A stretch of 64,000 nt of DNA from Octopus sinensis (GCF_006345805.1 NC_042999.1:82460001-82524000); one strand, 5' to 3'. Numbered from the stretch's first letter, positions 39,968-54,776 are shown. The notes: a model not told the origin generated them from the sequence alone. Translations and numbers: made by a program.

Positions 39968-40439
39968 AAGAGACAAAGAGACAAAGAGACAAAGAGAAAG
40001 ATTGACAGACAGACAAGCAGAAGACAGTGAGAGAGAAAGACCATATGAGTATATATGTGTGTATGCGTGTACATGTGAGCAATAGAAAATTGTTTACAAC
40101 ATATATTTAAATAGCTTTCGTAATGAGGAGAGAAAATTTCATACAAAGAAAAGTGTTTCTGTTATCTGAGTTTATAATAATATAGTTTATTTTCGAATTC
40201 CTATGAGATAACTTGGCTTGTTCAGGTATGAAATTTTTCAACCTTGTTATATGAAGTCGGCACGTATACAATTCACACACGTACGCACCCGAACAAGTAG
40301 ACACTTCACAAAAATATATACAGAAATATAAAACACGGACGAAGAGAAATATCAACGCATATACATAAGTTGTATACACACGTACCTACAAAGATCCATA
40401 CATAGCCATACATATGTATGCATATGTATACATATGTGT

Positions 40440-40525
<86 letters not shown>

Positions 40526-40764
40526 CACAGAACACAAAAATAAATATGCATGAGAGAGAGAATTTTTCTATAATACACAGACTGTCCTCTCACTAAAATA
40601 TCTACGAATTTACATTTGTAGAGTAAACTTTTTTCGTAACCATATGAAAGAATGCCCAGTAGATATTACACTGTTCTTGAGATAGAAGAAACATGAGCAT
40701 AAGTATGAATACATACATATACACATGCATATATATATGGGTTTATATATACATATATATGTGC

Positions 40765-40808
<44 letters not shown>

Positions 40809-40809
40809 C

Positions 40810-41020
40810 TGTGTTTGCCCCCACTTCTACCACCATCGCTTGACAACCGATGTCGGTGTATTTACGTCCCCGTAAACTTGCGGTTCGGCAAAGCGACCAA
40901 TAAAATATGTGCCAGGCTTGCAAAAGAAAAAAGTCATGGGGTCGATTTCCTCGACTAAAAGGTAGTGCTCCAGCTTGGCCGCAGTCAAATGATTGAAACA
41001 AGTCAAAGAATAAAAGAATA
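40810..41020 (+). mobile_element. SINE module B
   Basis: GCTTGACAACCGATG..GGTGCTCCAGC-type body ending AAAGAATAAAAGAATA. Confidence 0.7.
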
Positions 41021-41042
41021 TATCCGTACGTTTGTGTGTCTC

Positions 41043-41074
<32 letters not shown>

Positions 41075-41438
41075 TGTATGTATGTATGTATGTATGTATG
41101 TATGTATTTATGTATGTATGCATGTATGCTTTTGTATATATACGAAGTTGTATAAATGAGAAATTAAGTAATCAACGGAATTAGTTTGCAACTGTATCTG
41201 CCAAATGTTGCAGTGCAAAGTACTGAGCAGTTCCGAGGAAGTTATAAGTTGATGCAGAAGCACTCAGGTCTGTGCACATTACATTTAATTGTAGAAACAG
41301 ATGTAAGCTAATGATGTTAATTACGTAATTCCTTCATCATTTCTTTAATTTCATGTTAAAATGTGTGCCTTTATCCCGAAAAAGATGTATATTGTTATAA
41401 CACAAAATTATTTACATCGCTATGCTCAAATACCATCT

Positions 41439-41545
<107 letters not shown>

Positions 41546-41720
41546 TGCCAAGATAATTCAAATAAATAAAGAGAATAATACAAATCTTCAGTTTAGAATG
41601 AATAGTCCTAGATTGTTCCTTACCATTCGATCCGGTTCGCCATAACTTGGCTTATACAAGAGTGCTCAAACGGTACCTGTCTGAATATATTATATATTAT
41701 TCCTATCTGTTCAGTATATA

Positions 41721-43185
41721 CACTGGCCAAAATAAGTTTTAGACCGATGACGACAGTTATTATTTTACTTTTTACAGTTTATGTAGAATTTGTTCCTCGT
41801 TCCTCTTTTGAATGGTATTTGAGTTATACAATTCGAATAATTTTGATGCGCAATTAATTCAAATGATTAGACATTGTCAGTAAAATAAGTTTAAGACTAT
41901 ATCAAGATTACGTTAATTAATAAACCAAATGGGTGGTCATGTGGCTGGTCGTACTGTACCGTTTTGTTTAATAATCGAGCATTAATTTGTCATGGGAAAG
42001 CGTCATAGTATCAGTCCATTTACTAGATCAAATATCGTGTTGCTTCATCAGCAAAATGTGTCCATCATGAACATTAGCAAGCAATTAGGATGCAGAAAAA
42101 CGGCTTGTGTTCAAGCATGGAAGCTTTATCAAGTCACTGGCCAATACAAAAATCGACAAAGAACGGGCGTTCCAAGAAAAACAACAGTACAGATGAATCG
42201 GAGAATTCATAGGCTCACTGAAGGTAACAGAATGCTAACAGCAGTAGATTTTTGCAAGCAATCATCTGATGAAACTGACATCAGCTTTGCACTACAGACT
42301 CTCAGAAACTGCTTAAAAGAATTTGGACTGTTCGGTCGAATCGCTCGAAAGAAGGAGATAATTTCTAAGACGAAATTTGCTAAAAGCCATATTGAATGGA
42401 CGGCCGAAGACTGGTCAAAAGTTCTTTGAAGCGACGATGCATCTTTGGATCACACGGGAAGACTTATGTTAGATGCAGTCGAACCAAAGAATTCTATCGT
42501 AAATGGGTCAAGAAAACGGCACAAGCGGGAGGGGTAATTGTGTGGGCCGCGTTCAGCAGCTTAGGTATTGGCCCACTCGTTAAGGTGGATGGCAGACTGA
42601 ACAGTATAAACTATCTCCAATTAGTAAATGAAAATAAGCTGCCATATTTAAATAATCAGATGACACCGGGGTTTATTTTCCATCAGAAAAATTGCTCCGT
42701 TCATAAGGCTAGGAAAATTTTGCAATATTTTGAGCGCAATAGTATGGTGGTTATTGAGTTGCCTCCGCAGAACCCGGATTTGAATTTGTTGGAAAATTTA
42801 TGGAATTATGTTTCTAAAAGAGTTCATGCTAAAAACCATACAAATTTATCCCAATTATATGATTTTATTGAAGAAGAAATATGGCAGAACATTCCAAGTG
42901 AGTTTTGTACTCATTTCTCGAACCCCATGTCCCGCCGTTGTAAGGCCGTAATTGAAAATAATGGCTAGATACTAATAATCAATTTTTGTTCGTTAATGAT
43001 ATGTGCCGTAAATTTTCAATTTAAATAAAATGATGTCGGTACGGCCTTAAACTTGTTTTGCCGACAATTTTTAATCATTTGAATTAATTGCGCATTAAAA
43101 TTATTCAAATTGTAGAACGATATGTAACGCTTAAATTATTCGAAAGAGAAAAAGATTCTACATAGACTGTAAGAAGTAACATAAT
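41721..43185 (+). mobile_element. Tc1 transposon with long (~190-bp) imperfect TIRs, IR/DR-type; right end clipped
   Basis: TA|CACTGGCC start; left 41755-41900 is the reverse complement of ~43035-43185; AAAATAAGTTT(T/A)AGAC repeated near 41729 and 41882. Confidence 0.85.
41992..42968 (+). pseudogene. Tc1 transposase pseudogene
   Basis: HTH N-terminus, GVPRKTT, WSKVL*SDD (W to stop, then frameshift), VIVWAAFS, FHQKN (catalytic D replaced by K), PDLNLLENLW. Confidence 0.95.
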
Positions 43186-43276
43186 TTTATACAATTTTGT
43201 TAAAAATAAATTAATGAAGGAATAGAACTGTCAGCATCAAATCGATCACCATGATCGATTTAAATCTCCATTTTCT

Positions 43277-43336
<60 letters not shown>

Positions 43337-43709
43337 AAACAACAAGAATATAACATCAGTCACGGCCACTCTCTCAATACTAGCACAGTTGATGAACTAT
43401 TAAACTCTACAATCAAGAGCCCTTCTCAGTGCAGATATCCACTTGCTCATTTCCTCGAAATACCGCAAGTGACACTTCATCATCATTGTCATCATGTTCT
43501 TCTGCTACTACACTTACCACAACTAAACAATAACAACGATATGATCAGCATTCGAAGTCACTCTTCGATATTAGAACAATTGATAACTTAAACAGCATAG
43601 TCTCAAGCTCCCCTCTGTAGTCAAGCCTCTCAAATTCTTCTCAGAATCCATCAGCACCATTGTCATCCTATTCTACTGTTACTACCATTGCTGCTGCTGC
43701 TACTACTAC

Positions 43710-43783
<74 letters not shown>

Positions 43784-43869
43784 CAATTAGTGAAGAATCA
43801 ATTCCCACACTCACACACTGTCCAACTCAATCTGAATGTATATCTGACAGCTTCATGATAAATCTGCCA

Positions 43870-44200
43870 ACTGTAAATAAAACAAAATTATGAATACACG
43901 AAACCCCAAAATATGCCGTTATTCTCAACGCAAGAGACTATGTATACGCACAGAATGTAACTTCACCCATTTACCAGGGATAAGATGCTCAGTTGGTACA
44001 ATCAACACTGGCCAATGCCAAAGCACACGTCTTACAACAACAATACGACCACCACTTCTACTAAATGCTAAATCACAATAACTTCGACACATGTAACTCG
44101 GAATCTTAGAAAATTTTTTGCTATTCCCAACACGAAAGATTATTTCTGATAAATGACTGTCACTTCACTCATCTTCCAGGAAATCGATGCTCTAGTAAAT
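43870..44200 (+). mobile_element. Probable CR1-like LINE 3' relic
   Basis: Weak matches: YSQRKRL, IRPPLLLN, NLRKFLLFP to CR1 C-terminal motifs. Confidence 0.35.
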
Positions 44201-44242
44201 GTATGACACCATACTACTATTAAACCCACAGTAGAAACGTCC

Positions 44243-44467
44243 CGAGCTGGCAGAAACGTAAGCACGCCGGGCGAAATGCTTAGCGGTATCTCGTCTATCT
44301 TTACGTTCTGAGTTCAAATTCCGCCGAGGTCGACTTTACCTTTCATTCTTTCGGGGTCAATATATTAAGTACCAGTTACGCACTGGGATCGATGTAATCA
44401 ACTTAATCCCTTTGTCTTTCCTTGTTTGTCGCCTCTATGTTTAAACCTTTGTGGGCAATAAAGAAGA
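44243..44467 (+). mobile_element. tRNA-derived SINE (same family and tail as 22315-22547)
   Basis: CGAGCTGGCAGAAACG head, GAGTTCAAATTCCGCCGAGGTCGAC, tail GTTTGTCGCCTCTATGTTTAAACCTTTGTGGGCAATAAAG. Confidence 0.85.
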
Positions 44468-44859
44468 AACATCCCTTACAGTAGCTGTGTTGGTACAGAC
44501 TTCCATTAAAACCCAAAATCACCCAGATATTTGCTGGGTACAATAGTAAATTCAACAGCCGCAAACCATATAATTATAACCATACTGAACAGTGCAACCA
44601 TACCAAATCTACACAACAAACTCCACCAAAGCAAGAAAATTCTTTTTAGCGACGATGACTCTAGTAAAAGAAATTTTTAAAAAATTATAGCTCTCAAACA
44701 GTACCAACCGCTGCTATTACCCCAGTGCACAATCACACCATTGCTGTCATTAAACCACAGTTTCAACTCAATAATAATGTCAAATGCACAAGGCCTTTCA
44801 CACTTCACAAATCGAACGAAAGTATCATATCTTAGGGACCTTTAACAATGAGAGAGACC

Positions 44860-45320
44860 TTGAAAAGTGAGAAAAGACAATATGTGTAGCACTAAGTGAA
44901 ATATACCTGACCCCAGACATATTGAATGCAGAAGTATACCTCAAGGAATCGTTCTAGGACTATTCTTATTTATCCTCAACCTAACAGAAGTGCAAATATC
45001 CAAGCTAACGAGTTACGCTGATGATGCAAAAATATCAATGGCTATCCAAACTCTAGAAGATACTGTCACACCCCAAAGTGAGCTAAACGTCATAGGTTGA
45101 TTAAAACATGAAATTTAATACATCAAAATTTCAGGATCTTCGTTACAGATGGAATACACACAAATCACAATATTTGACGTCAAAATGATTCAGAGCGCTG
45201 ATGACATACGGACTTAGGAGTAACAATACCAAATGTTGCATCTTTCATTAGCCACATCATCAAACTGACCTCTAAATGCAGACATCTGGTAGGATAGATT
45301 CTACAAACCTTCAAACATTT
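44860..45320 (+). mobile_element. CR1-like RT fragment
   Basis: SIPQGIVLGLFLFI, LTSYADDAKI, MKFNTSKFQDLRY, LGVTI. Confidence 0.85.
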
Positions 45321-45378
45321 ATTAATTATATAAGATTATATCTGTGAGCGAAAAAATATATATGTATATGTGTATGAG

Positions 45379-45422
<44 letters not shown>

Positions 45423-45434
45423 TATATATATATA

Positions 45435-45952
<518 letters not shown>

Positions 45953-45958
45953 TATATA

Positions 45959-45991
<33 letters not shown>

Positions 45992-46244
45992 ATATATACA
46001 TATGTATGTATGAATATATACTGTATATGTGCATTTGTATACATATATATGTGTGTATGTATGAGTATGCATATTTCTATATATTTCTTTATATTCAATG
46101 TTTATATATCTTTATTATCTATATGTTTATTCTTTTATTCTTTTACTTGTTTCAGCTTACCTTGCATTTACTTCGCATTGTTTTGGCCTTACCCACGACC
46201 TTTAACACAATACATTCTACACAATGCTTCACAGTAATTATTCC

Positions 46245-46284
<40 letters not shown>

Positions 46285-46419
46285 TGTATTTTTATGTGTG
46301 TTTATATGCATGCATATATATATATATATAAGTGTGTACATATGTATGTGTATATATATATATATATATATAAATGTGTGTATGTATATATAGTGTATAT
46401 ATATGCGTATGTATTTGTG

Positions 46420-46451
<32 letters not shown>

Positions 46452-46904
46452 CTTTGGGTTGGTATATACACAACTATTGATATAACCTATTTTAAATAGA
46501 TTACATAATTAATTATATGTATAATTTTTCACTTTTTAGTCTATGTTCCACATTTGTATAGGTATGTATCTGTGCATAGGTTTATATGTGTATTTATAAG
46601 TATGTTTATATGTGTGTGTCGCTGTGTATATGTATATATATGTTTATATATACGAATATAAGTGTGTGTACATGTTTTTGCTGCATAATTAATACATATG
46701 GATATAATTAACATTTAAATAGTACATATAATATTAATTTCATTTATTAATTATCTTCTATGCTGAAGTTGTCTGTGTATGGCAGGTTTGGTAGCCTTCA
46801 ACTAACACTATCTCCTCCAAGACCCTGCGGCGCAAGTTGACCACAATTGAGAGTATGATAGAAGGCTTGTCCTTTCTTCCGTAGAAGAAAAAATTCAAAT
46901 CGGA

Positions 46905-47120
46905 CCATGTTAATACCAAAAATTATTTACATCAAAAAGGTGCTTTTTTTCTATGAAAATCCTTATTTTTTACGATTTTTTGACTGCTGTATCGCCATTT
47001 TTTGGTGTATTTCAACCTTAAAGAGAATAACAAGCTACATAATGCAAAACTTTTACTATTCAAAAGTTTCAATTCTAAGGGGTCGAAACAAACCCGAGCA
47101 ACGCCAGGCGATACTGCTAG
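46905..47120 (+). mobile_element. Helitron 3' fragment
   Basis: Ends CGAGCAACGCCAGGCGATACTGCTAG|T. Confidence 0.7.
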
Positions 47121-47901
47121 TTCATGATATATTTTTGTTGTGTTCTGTGTGTCTAGACTTTCTCTTCTTTTATCGGAATCTATTGAAGCTCATTTCAGCA
47201 CAATTACTTCTACTCTCTATTTGCCCTGAATCTTCATATTTTCTCCCCTTCCTTTATCTTCCTATTAATAAATAATTTTATTACTTTAATAAATTTAGTA
47301 TATTAAATTTGCTTAGCCTTATATTTGTCTGTGTATATATATATATGTGTGTATACACACACATATAAGCATGTATATGTATATGTATGTGGATGAGTAT
47401 CTATGTACATATATACATGTGTGTGTATGTGAATGTGTGTGTATGTGAATGTGTGTACATGTTTTACGTACATAAGTGAATATATGCTTATACTGGATAC
47501 CTAATTATTTCACTTCTCTACTCCCATAATTTAATAAACAGTCTATTGTTTTTATACATCACCAGTCTTCTTATTTTTGTATGGGTATGTCTACCTTATC
47601 ATTACTTATATTAATTTATGACTAACTATATTTTTTATAACTGTATCTATGTTCATAACTGTGTATATATTTTTAACTGTAAAGGTATACTGTATTCTTC
47701 CTGTTTTTATGTTTACATTTTGTTTTAAATATAATAAATATCTTTGTACATCCTTCCCTGACGATATAAACAAATTAATTTAGTTAAATTAAATTAAATT
47801 CGTTTAACTGTTATGCTGCAAGTCATGAATTGAAACAATTGTAGATCTGGTCTGGTCTTCTCAATGATAATAAACTTTTATTAATCTTATTTCCATACAA
47901 T

Positions 47902-47942
<41 letters not shown>

Positions 47943-47989
47943 ATATATGTGTGTGTGTGTATGTGTGTGTGTGTATGTGTGTGTGTATG

Positions 47990-48189
47990 TCTGTGTTTGT
48001 CCCCCTAGCATTGCTTGGTAACCGATGCTGGTGTGTTTTCGTCCCCGTCACTTAGCGGTTCGGCAAAAGAGACCGATAGAATAAGTACTGGGCTTACAAA
48101 GAATAAGTCCCGAGATCGATTTGCTCGACTAAAGGCGGTGCTCCAGCATGGCCGCAGTCAAATGACTGAAAAAGTAAAAGAATAAAAGA

Positions 48190-48190
<1 letters not shown>
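47990..48190 (+). mobile_element. SINE module B
   Basis: Close match to 21960-22160. Confidence 0.75.
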
Positions 48191-48223
<33 letters not shown>

Positions 48224-48287
48224 GTCGCCATGATAGATCGGTAGCCACTACACACATTTTTTTCTCACCTTGTTTCTTTCTGTGTTC

Positions 48288-48323
48288 CTTTCTGTAGAAG
48301 AGCGTAGGCTTGAAACGTAAAAG
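48288..48323 (+). ncRNA. Minimal hammerhead fold, core CUGUAGA, within pLTR-like repeat 48255-48415
   Basis: CTTT-CTGTAGA-A-GAGC(GTAG)GCTT-GAAAC-GTA-AAAG. Confidence 0.55.
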
Positions 48324-48431
48324 ACTTTTTCAATTCCTGAGCGTTATACTAATACATCTATTTGTAATCTACACCACCTCTCTTCGTCCTTTGTTTTTTT
48401 CGTAAATTCTCCCTATATATGTATGTATGTA

Positions 48432-48464
<33 letters not shown>

Positions 48465-48610
48465 GCACGACGGACTTCTTGCTTCCGTTTACCAGATCCA
48501 CTCTGGTAGACCCCACTCTCTTGTAGAAGATGCTCGCCCAAGGTGCCACACGGTAGAACAGAATATGGAGCCGTATGGTTAGGAAGCAAGCTTCTTACCA
48601 CACAGCAACG
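48465..48610 (-). mobile_element. SINE module A
   Basis: ACGACGGACTTC..CCCAAGGTGCCAC..GAAGCAAGCTTCTTACCAC. Confidence 0.65.
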
Positions 48611-50219
48611 CCCCCCACACACACATACACACAGACATGCACAAACAAACATACACACACACACTCACACACACACATATATATGTATATACATGTGTGT
48701 TTTTATGTGTGTATGTATATACAGATATATTTTTCTAATTACTATCATACTTCGGTTGGAACTTACTGTCTAGTAATTTGGACACATTAACAGGCCCCCA
48801 TCGCTAGAGGAGGAGAAGCAAAAGTCTAGACTGGAGCATCTGCATTATAAAATTTAGAAGCGCTCTGTCTATTGACTAAAAAGAAACCGCAAAAACATCA
48901 TACTGTGTCTACAAGTCGAAGTTAGATCGGTTTTATTCGTCCTCAGTGTGGAGTGGTTTGTTTCAGTTTTTACTTAAATATAAACTGCACTACTTTGAAC
49001 AGTAAATATAACACATAGCTTTGGCAACTTAAACATGTGATGTTAATGACTCCTTCCTACCTTTTATTTACCAGATAAACAACTTTTAAGTTTAAAAAGA
49101 ATGTATTATAAATCATTCTGCGCAGAAAATTAACAAAAATAACAAAAATAGCAAAAATAAGTTTAAAAAGAAAAACTTAGCTCATAGACACATATTGAAA
49201 AGTCTGCTAAGTTATTGTTTACAAAAGCGTAGCAAATTGCAAGGAATCCTGTAGATAGTTGAAAATGTTTTGTTTAACTTGCAGTTCCCGGCTGAGCTTA
49301 GATTCATTTCGTCTGGACACTCTATAAATATAAGTATTCGATGAGTGCTTGAGTAACCCAATTCGGATGCACAAAAAAAATTATCACAAGCTTAGCTTAA
49401 AAGAACATACCAACAATAAGTATTTTAACTTCGATAATGATGTAAAGTAATGGTTTACAATTCTTGTCAACAGAGTGCTAGAACGTGTTGTGTGCTACAA
49501 TAATTGTATAGAGGGAGTATTATGTGGGGAAAATCAAATCAAATATATCATCTTGTCAGACAATTCAGACTGTTTCATTCAATTACAATAATGATTTTAC
49601 CCAATTTTATATGCTAGATAGCGGTACTTTTACAACTCCCTCTAGAATATAAACCTATGAGTAAATACATACATACACACACACATATGTATATATATAT
49701 CTATATGTGCGTGTATGTATATTCATGTATGTATCCATATGTGAATATAATATTAACAGGTGTACATAAACACATACATAGTGTACTTGCGTGTATGTGA
49801 GCGTATGTGTGTTTGTGCGTGTTTGTGTATTTGTGGTTGCGTTAACGATAGATTATTTATCGTTTGATTGATTGAAGTCAGACAGTGAACTGTATACATC
49901 TATTTATCTATCTAGCTACCTCTCTATCTGCCTACCTTTTCCTCTTTTTCTTTCTTTCTCTCCATATATAATGAGATATAATGTGTATGTGTATAATGAG
50001 ATATAACGTGTATTAAAGTCCGTCTGTGAGTGAATCTATTAGGGATCGAACGAACTATCAGTTTGCAGTTACATTGATTGGCAGTTAGACTGACAGATAA
50101 GATAGCGCGGAAGAGACTGATTAATAGTTAGACACATAGGACTGAGTGATTGCTAGACAGACAAATGAACGGATGGAGAGACGGGTGAATGAATGGATGG
50201 GAGGATAAATGATAGATAA

Positions 50220-50309
<90 letters not shown>

Positions 50310-50582
50310 CGGTAAGAATATAAAACTTGATGTTTTATCAGCAGTTGATGGTAAGTTTAACGTGACCTATTCTATTATACATCAGTCATTACATGCCATT
50401 TGTATTCAGAATATTTAAATATTACGGCTGTCCTTGCCGAAGAGATCAGGGAACTCATTTTTGATATTTAAGTGCTTAACCATTATTGCATAGTCTAGAG
50501 CATACCAGAACCTCAGGCCAGCATACTGTGTGCAAACAAAATACTAATTGATAAGACAGATTACAGGTGTTTTCAACACACA

Positions 50583-50613
<31 letters not shown>

Positions 50614-50626
50614 CCACACACACACA

Positions 50627-50672
<46 letters not shown>

Positions 50673-52262
50673 AAGAAAAAAGCAACAAAAATGGATCAAA
50701 ATTTATCCATTTTTGTTGCTTTTTTCTTGTTTATAATCACCCCGCATTATCTTATGGTTAATACCATATAGATTTCTGGTGCATCTAAGTTAAGTACCTC
50801 ATTCATGTGAATTCAACAGTACTCACTTGAATCTTAATTGCTTTTACTATATATATATATATATGTGTATGTATGTATATATACGGGGCACGGCAGAAGT
50901 AACGTCCTTTCGTATTTGTATTTTCTAGATTCTAATTGAGTTTCTTTTTTATTTCCTAAAACTTTTGCGATTGTTTTTCTTATGTGGAGAAGATCATTAG
51001 TTCATTAGATTTGGTTTGCAAGATTCTTTATATGAGTTCGTGTGTTGAAGCATGTTCTGTCGTGTCTGGGGAGAGGCATTTTCTTTTTAGGCCTTATAAT
51101 TTAACACACTCACCGGTAAAATTTCCGCTTATTTCTTATTTTTATTTTCCTAAAATTTTCGTCGCGTCTTACAACCTTTTCAATAGTCTTGACTCTGTTC
51201 TTCATTTACATTGCGTTCCTTTCTTTTTTGTTTGTGTGCATGTGTGTGGGTCAGTGTGTGTGTGTGTGTATGTGTATGCATATGTATATATGTATGTATG
51301 TGTGTGCATCTATATGTATGTATTCTGCATATATATGCATGCATGCATAGGCACACACACACACTGTGTGCCATCAATATATATATATATATATATATAT
51401 TAAGGTATGTAGAAAAATACAACATGGACAAGAACGTATAACTCTTAGAAGACGATACAATAAACACGGACAGGACATTCGAAACCCTCAGTCTTCAGTC
51501 AAGAATCGGATCATCGTAGTAATTTCGGCTGATTAATCTTGAGATTACTAGATCACGGCCAGCCCTCCAAGAAAAACTAAGCAACGAGCATTAGAAAAAC
51601 TAAGCTGGGAGCGTAGATTTCCTGGAAGAAGGATCGAATGCATACGGACACCAGGACAGCAAAAGGGACGAATATAAAAAAACAAAAAAATAATGGAATA
51701 CAGAAACATGAAATACAGAAGCATTAACGGTGAAAACAACAACAAGTGTCTTACGACTGATAACAGGCAAACAAATTTTTTCTCTGGCGCAAGGAAAGGA
51801 GCCTTATCGGCGATGCCTATAGCGGCGGACGAAAAACAACGATGTTAACACGACGCTGGTCAGAAGCTGAAAGGCAGATTTCGGCCAGCAGTCACGTGAC
51901 AGAGGAGAGAGAAAAGAAAAGAAAGAGAAGCAGCGGAAGAGAGACAGAGAGGGGAGAGAGAGAGGAGGGACAAACGCAACAAAGAGAGAGAAGAGAGAGA
52001 AAGAAGGAATCAGAGAGGAGAAGGGATGGGTGTCGAAGATTGACCTGTGAGTGCAGAGCGAGACAAAGAATTAGGAGGGTAGTGGAAGATTAGACCAAAG
52101 AATCAGAGGAAAGAGAAGAGAAAAAGAGGATGAGTAGAGAGAGAAGGGCACAGATCAAGTAAAAGAGAGAGAGAGAGAGAGACAAACAAAGAGTCGTACC
52201 AGTTATTAAGAATAGTTTCAGCTCAGAGCTGAATGTGTGTGTTTGTGTGTGCTTGTGTATGT

Positions 52263-52685
52263 ATCTGAGTATGTGTGTTTATGGCCGTGTGGTAAGGAGT
52301 TTTTTTCCCACCTGCATGGTTACGGGTTCAATCCCACTGCATGGCACCTTGGTCATGTGTCTTCTAGTATAACTTCGGGCAGACCAAAGTCTTGTGAATT
52401 GATTTTGATAGCCAGAAACTGAAATAAGCCCGTCGTATATATATTTGTGTGTATGTGTGTGCGTGTGTTGCGCGTGTATGTGTGTCGTGGTGTCTATGTT
52501 TCACCCCCATCACCGCTTGGTAATCGGTGCTGAACCAAGCGGTTCAGCAAAAGAATCGATAGAATAAGTACCAAGCTAAAAAAATGTTCTGTGGTCCATT
52601 TATTTGACTAACAATTCAAGGCGGTGCCCTAGTATGGCCGCAATCTCATGACTGAAACAATTAAAAAAATAAAAGATAAAAGACA
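52263..52685 (+). mobile_element. Bipartite SINE (A-linker-B)
   Basis: GGTTCAATCCCACTG head, AAACTGAAATAAGCCCGTCGTA, (TG)n linker, B module. Confidence 0.75.
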
Positions 52686-52790
52686 TACACACATACACTC
52701 ATACACACACGTACACACACACACACGCAAGCACACACACGCACGCACACACACACACACACACATATGTATATACATATATATATATAT

Positions 52791-53351
52791 ATTATATATA
52801 AGGGCTTAGTAAAATAAATTACTTTGCCACATACTGAACTCATTAGAAATAGCAGCTAAAGAAATTTCTTTTGCCATTTCTAATACTTAAAGAAGATCTC
52901 TCTCAGATAGTGTTTGCTCAAACCAACTCACGAAGGTATGGGGGTAAAAACATTAAAAAATCACAAGTGCAAAGGTTATTTGAGAACGTACGTTTCTAGA
53001 TTAGTCAATCGACATTTCTTTCGTCAGCTCAGAACTCCTTGATTCGGATTTGGGAACACTGAAAGTGGGAGCATACTTTCAGTGTTCCCAAATCCGAATC
53101 AAGGAGTTCTGAGCTGACGAAAGAAATGTCGATTTGACTAATCTAGAAACGTACGTTCTCAAATAACCTTTGCACTTGTGATTTTTTAATGTTTTTACCC
53201 CCATACCTTCGTGAGTTGGTTTGAGCAAACACTATCTGAGAGAGATCTTCTTTAAGTATTAGAAATGGCTAAAGAAATTTCTTTAGCTGCTATTTCTAAT
53301 GAGTTCAGTATGTGGCAAAGTAATTTATTTTACTAAGCCCTTATATATAAT
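52791..53351. repeat. Near-perfect palindrome: 276/277-bp arms, 8-nt spacer
   Basis: 52791-53066 versus 53075-53351; one substitution and one 1-nt indel found by eye; spacer GGGAGCAT. Confidence 0.97.
53110..53161 (+). ncRNA. Hammerhead-like fold, canonical core; mirror copy at 52981-53031 (-)
   Basis: TGAG-CTGACGA-[25 nt with GTC/GAC and AGA/TCT pairing]-GAA-ACGTACGT-T-CTCA; stem II is irregular. Confidence 0.5.
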
Positions 53352-53452
53352 GTAATATTTTGAATTCGCCTTAAATGGTCCCTTTACATACTGAATAGTT
53401 GGTGAAATTGATTAATAATTAATTAATTTTACCCTCAATTGTTGAAATTATA

Positions 53453-53496
<44 letters not shown>

Positions 53497-53502
53497 TATA
53501 TA

Positions 53503-53870
<368 letters not shown>

Positions 53871-54275
53871 TATATATATATATATATATACACAGAGAAA
53901 GAGAGAGGCATCTGTTGTTAAGTATCAATCAACAAAGAAACCTCGATGATTTATTTGATCTGCTATGAATACCAGCCAAGTGTTCCTAAAATCACATCTA
54001 CTATTAAGAAAAGTGACGTTGCCTTAAATAAACTAGCCCTAGACGCACTGCCACAATTTAGTGAGGGTCTGATCCCAACTTTTGTGAATTTCGACATTGG
54101 ATCGACCAACGTCACTATCCTAGGTATGGTATGAAATCCATTGTGGATTATACTTGAGAAATAAAATGTTGCGTTTTCTAGAATAGAATAAATCTAAAGA
54201 AGTAATTTCTAACCCAGAAAAGTTACTTAAGTGTGTGTGTCTTAGTGCACACACATGCATACACACATACACACG

Positions 54276-54306
<31 letters not shown>

Positions 54307-54399
54307 ACATACATACATACATACATACATACATACATACATACATACATACATACATACATAATACATACATACGTGCTTAGTAAACTTTCGGCCAGA

Positions 54400-54776
54400 G
54401 TTGGCCCAGATCACGACTGAACGACATCACGTGGAGAAAAGATGAAATCCTGTTTGCTGTTACAGTCATACTTTGGTGGCTTTAGCCCATTCGGGTAGAG
54501 AGTTATCGTTTGCAGAGACATATCCTGCAGTAGAAGGTTTATCTGGAATTTCTTGGGGAATCTAATGATCACTCGTATTCTAAGAATCCTCTTCAAGATG
54601 TAAAACTTGTACAGCCCGGAGTATGGGCGACGAATGTGACTAAATTTATGAGTACTATTCATATATTTGTAATAAATCTGCGACAGTTCTACTTCGTTGT
54701 TCGACGTGCTAGAGTCTTCAAAAGTGGAAGAACATAGATAATGTAATCGCATAAATATTTCATCAAGGTAATAGAT
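54400..54776 (-). mobile_element. CR1-like LINE 3' fragment flanked by a 13-bp direct repeat
   Basis: L*HVEQRSRTVADLLQIY and QEIPDKPSTAGYVSANDNSLPEW resemble CR1 C-termini; ACTTTCGGCCAGA at 54387-54399 and 54777-54789. Confidence 0.55.

Noticed and set aside
41190-41315. Short open segments with splice-like borders on both strands
   Set aside because: Equally plausible on either strand; no recognisable peptide.
51455-51510. CTGAAGA core in another pLTR-like repeat (minus)
   Set aside because: Lacks the GAAA/stem III and stem I pairing needed for a hammerhead call.
54411-54752. 113-aa minus ORF with a faint CUB-like look
   Set aside because: Other frames match CR1 C-terminal motifs better, and the block is bounded by a TSD-like repeat.
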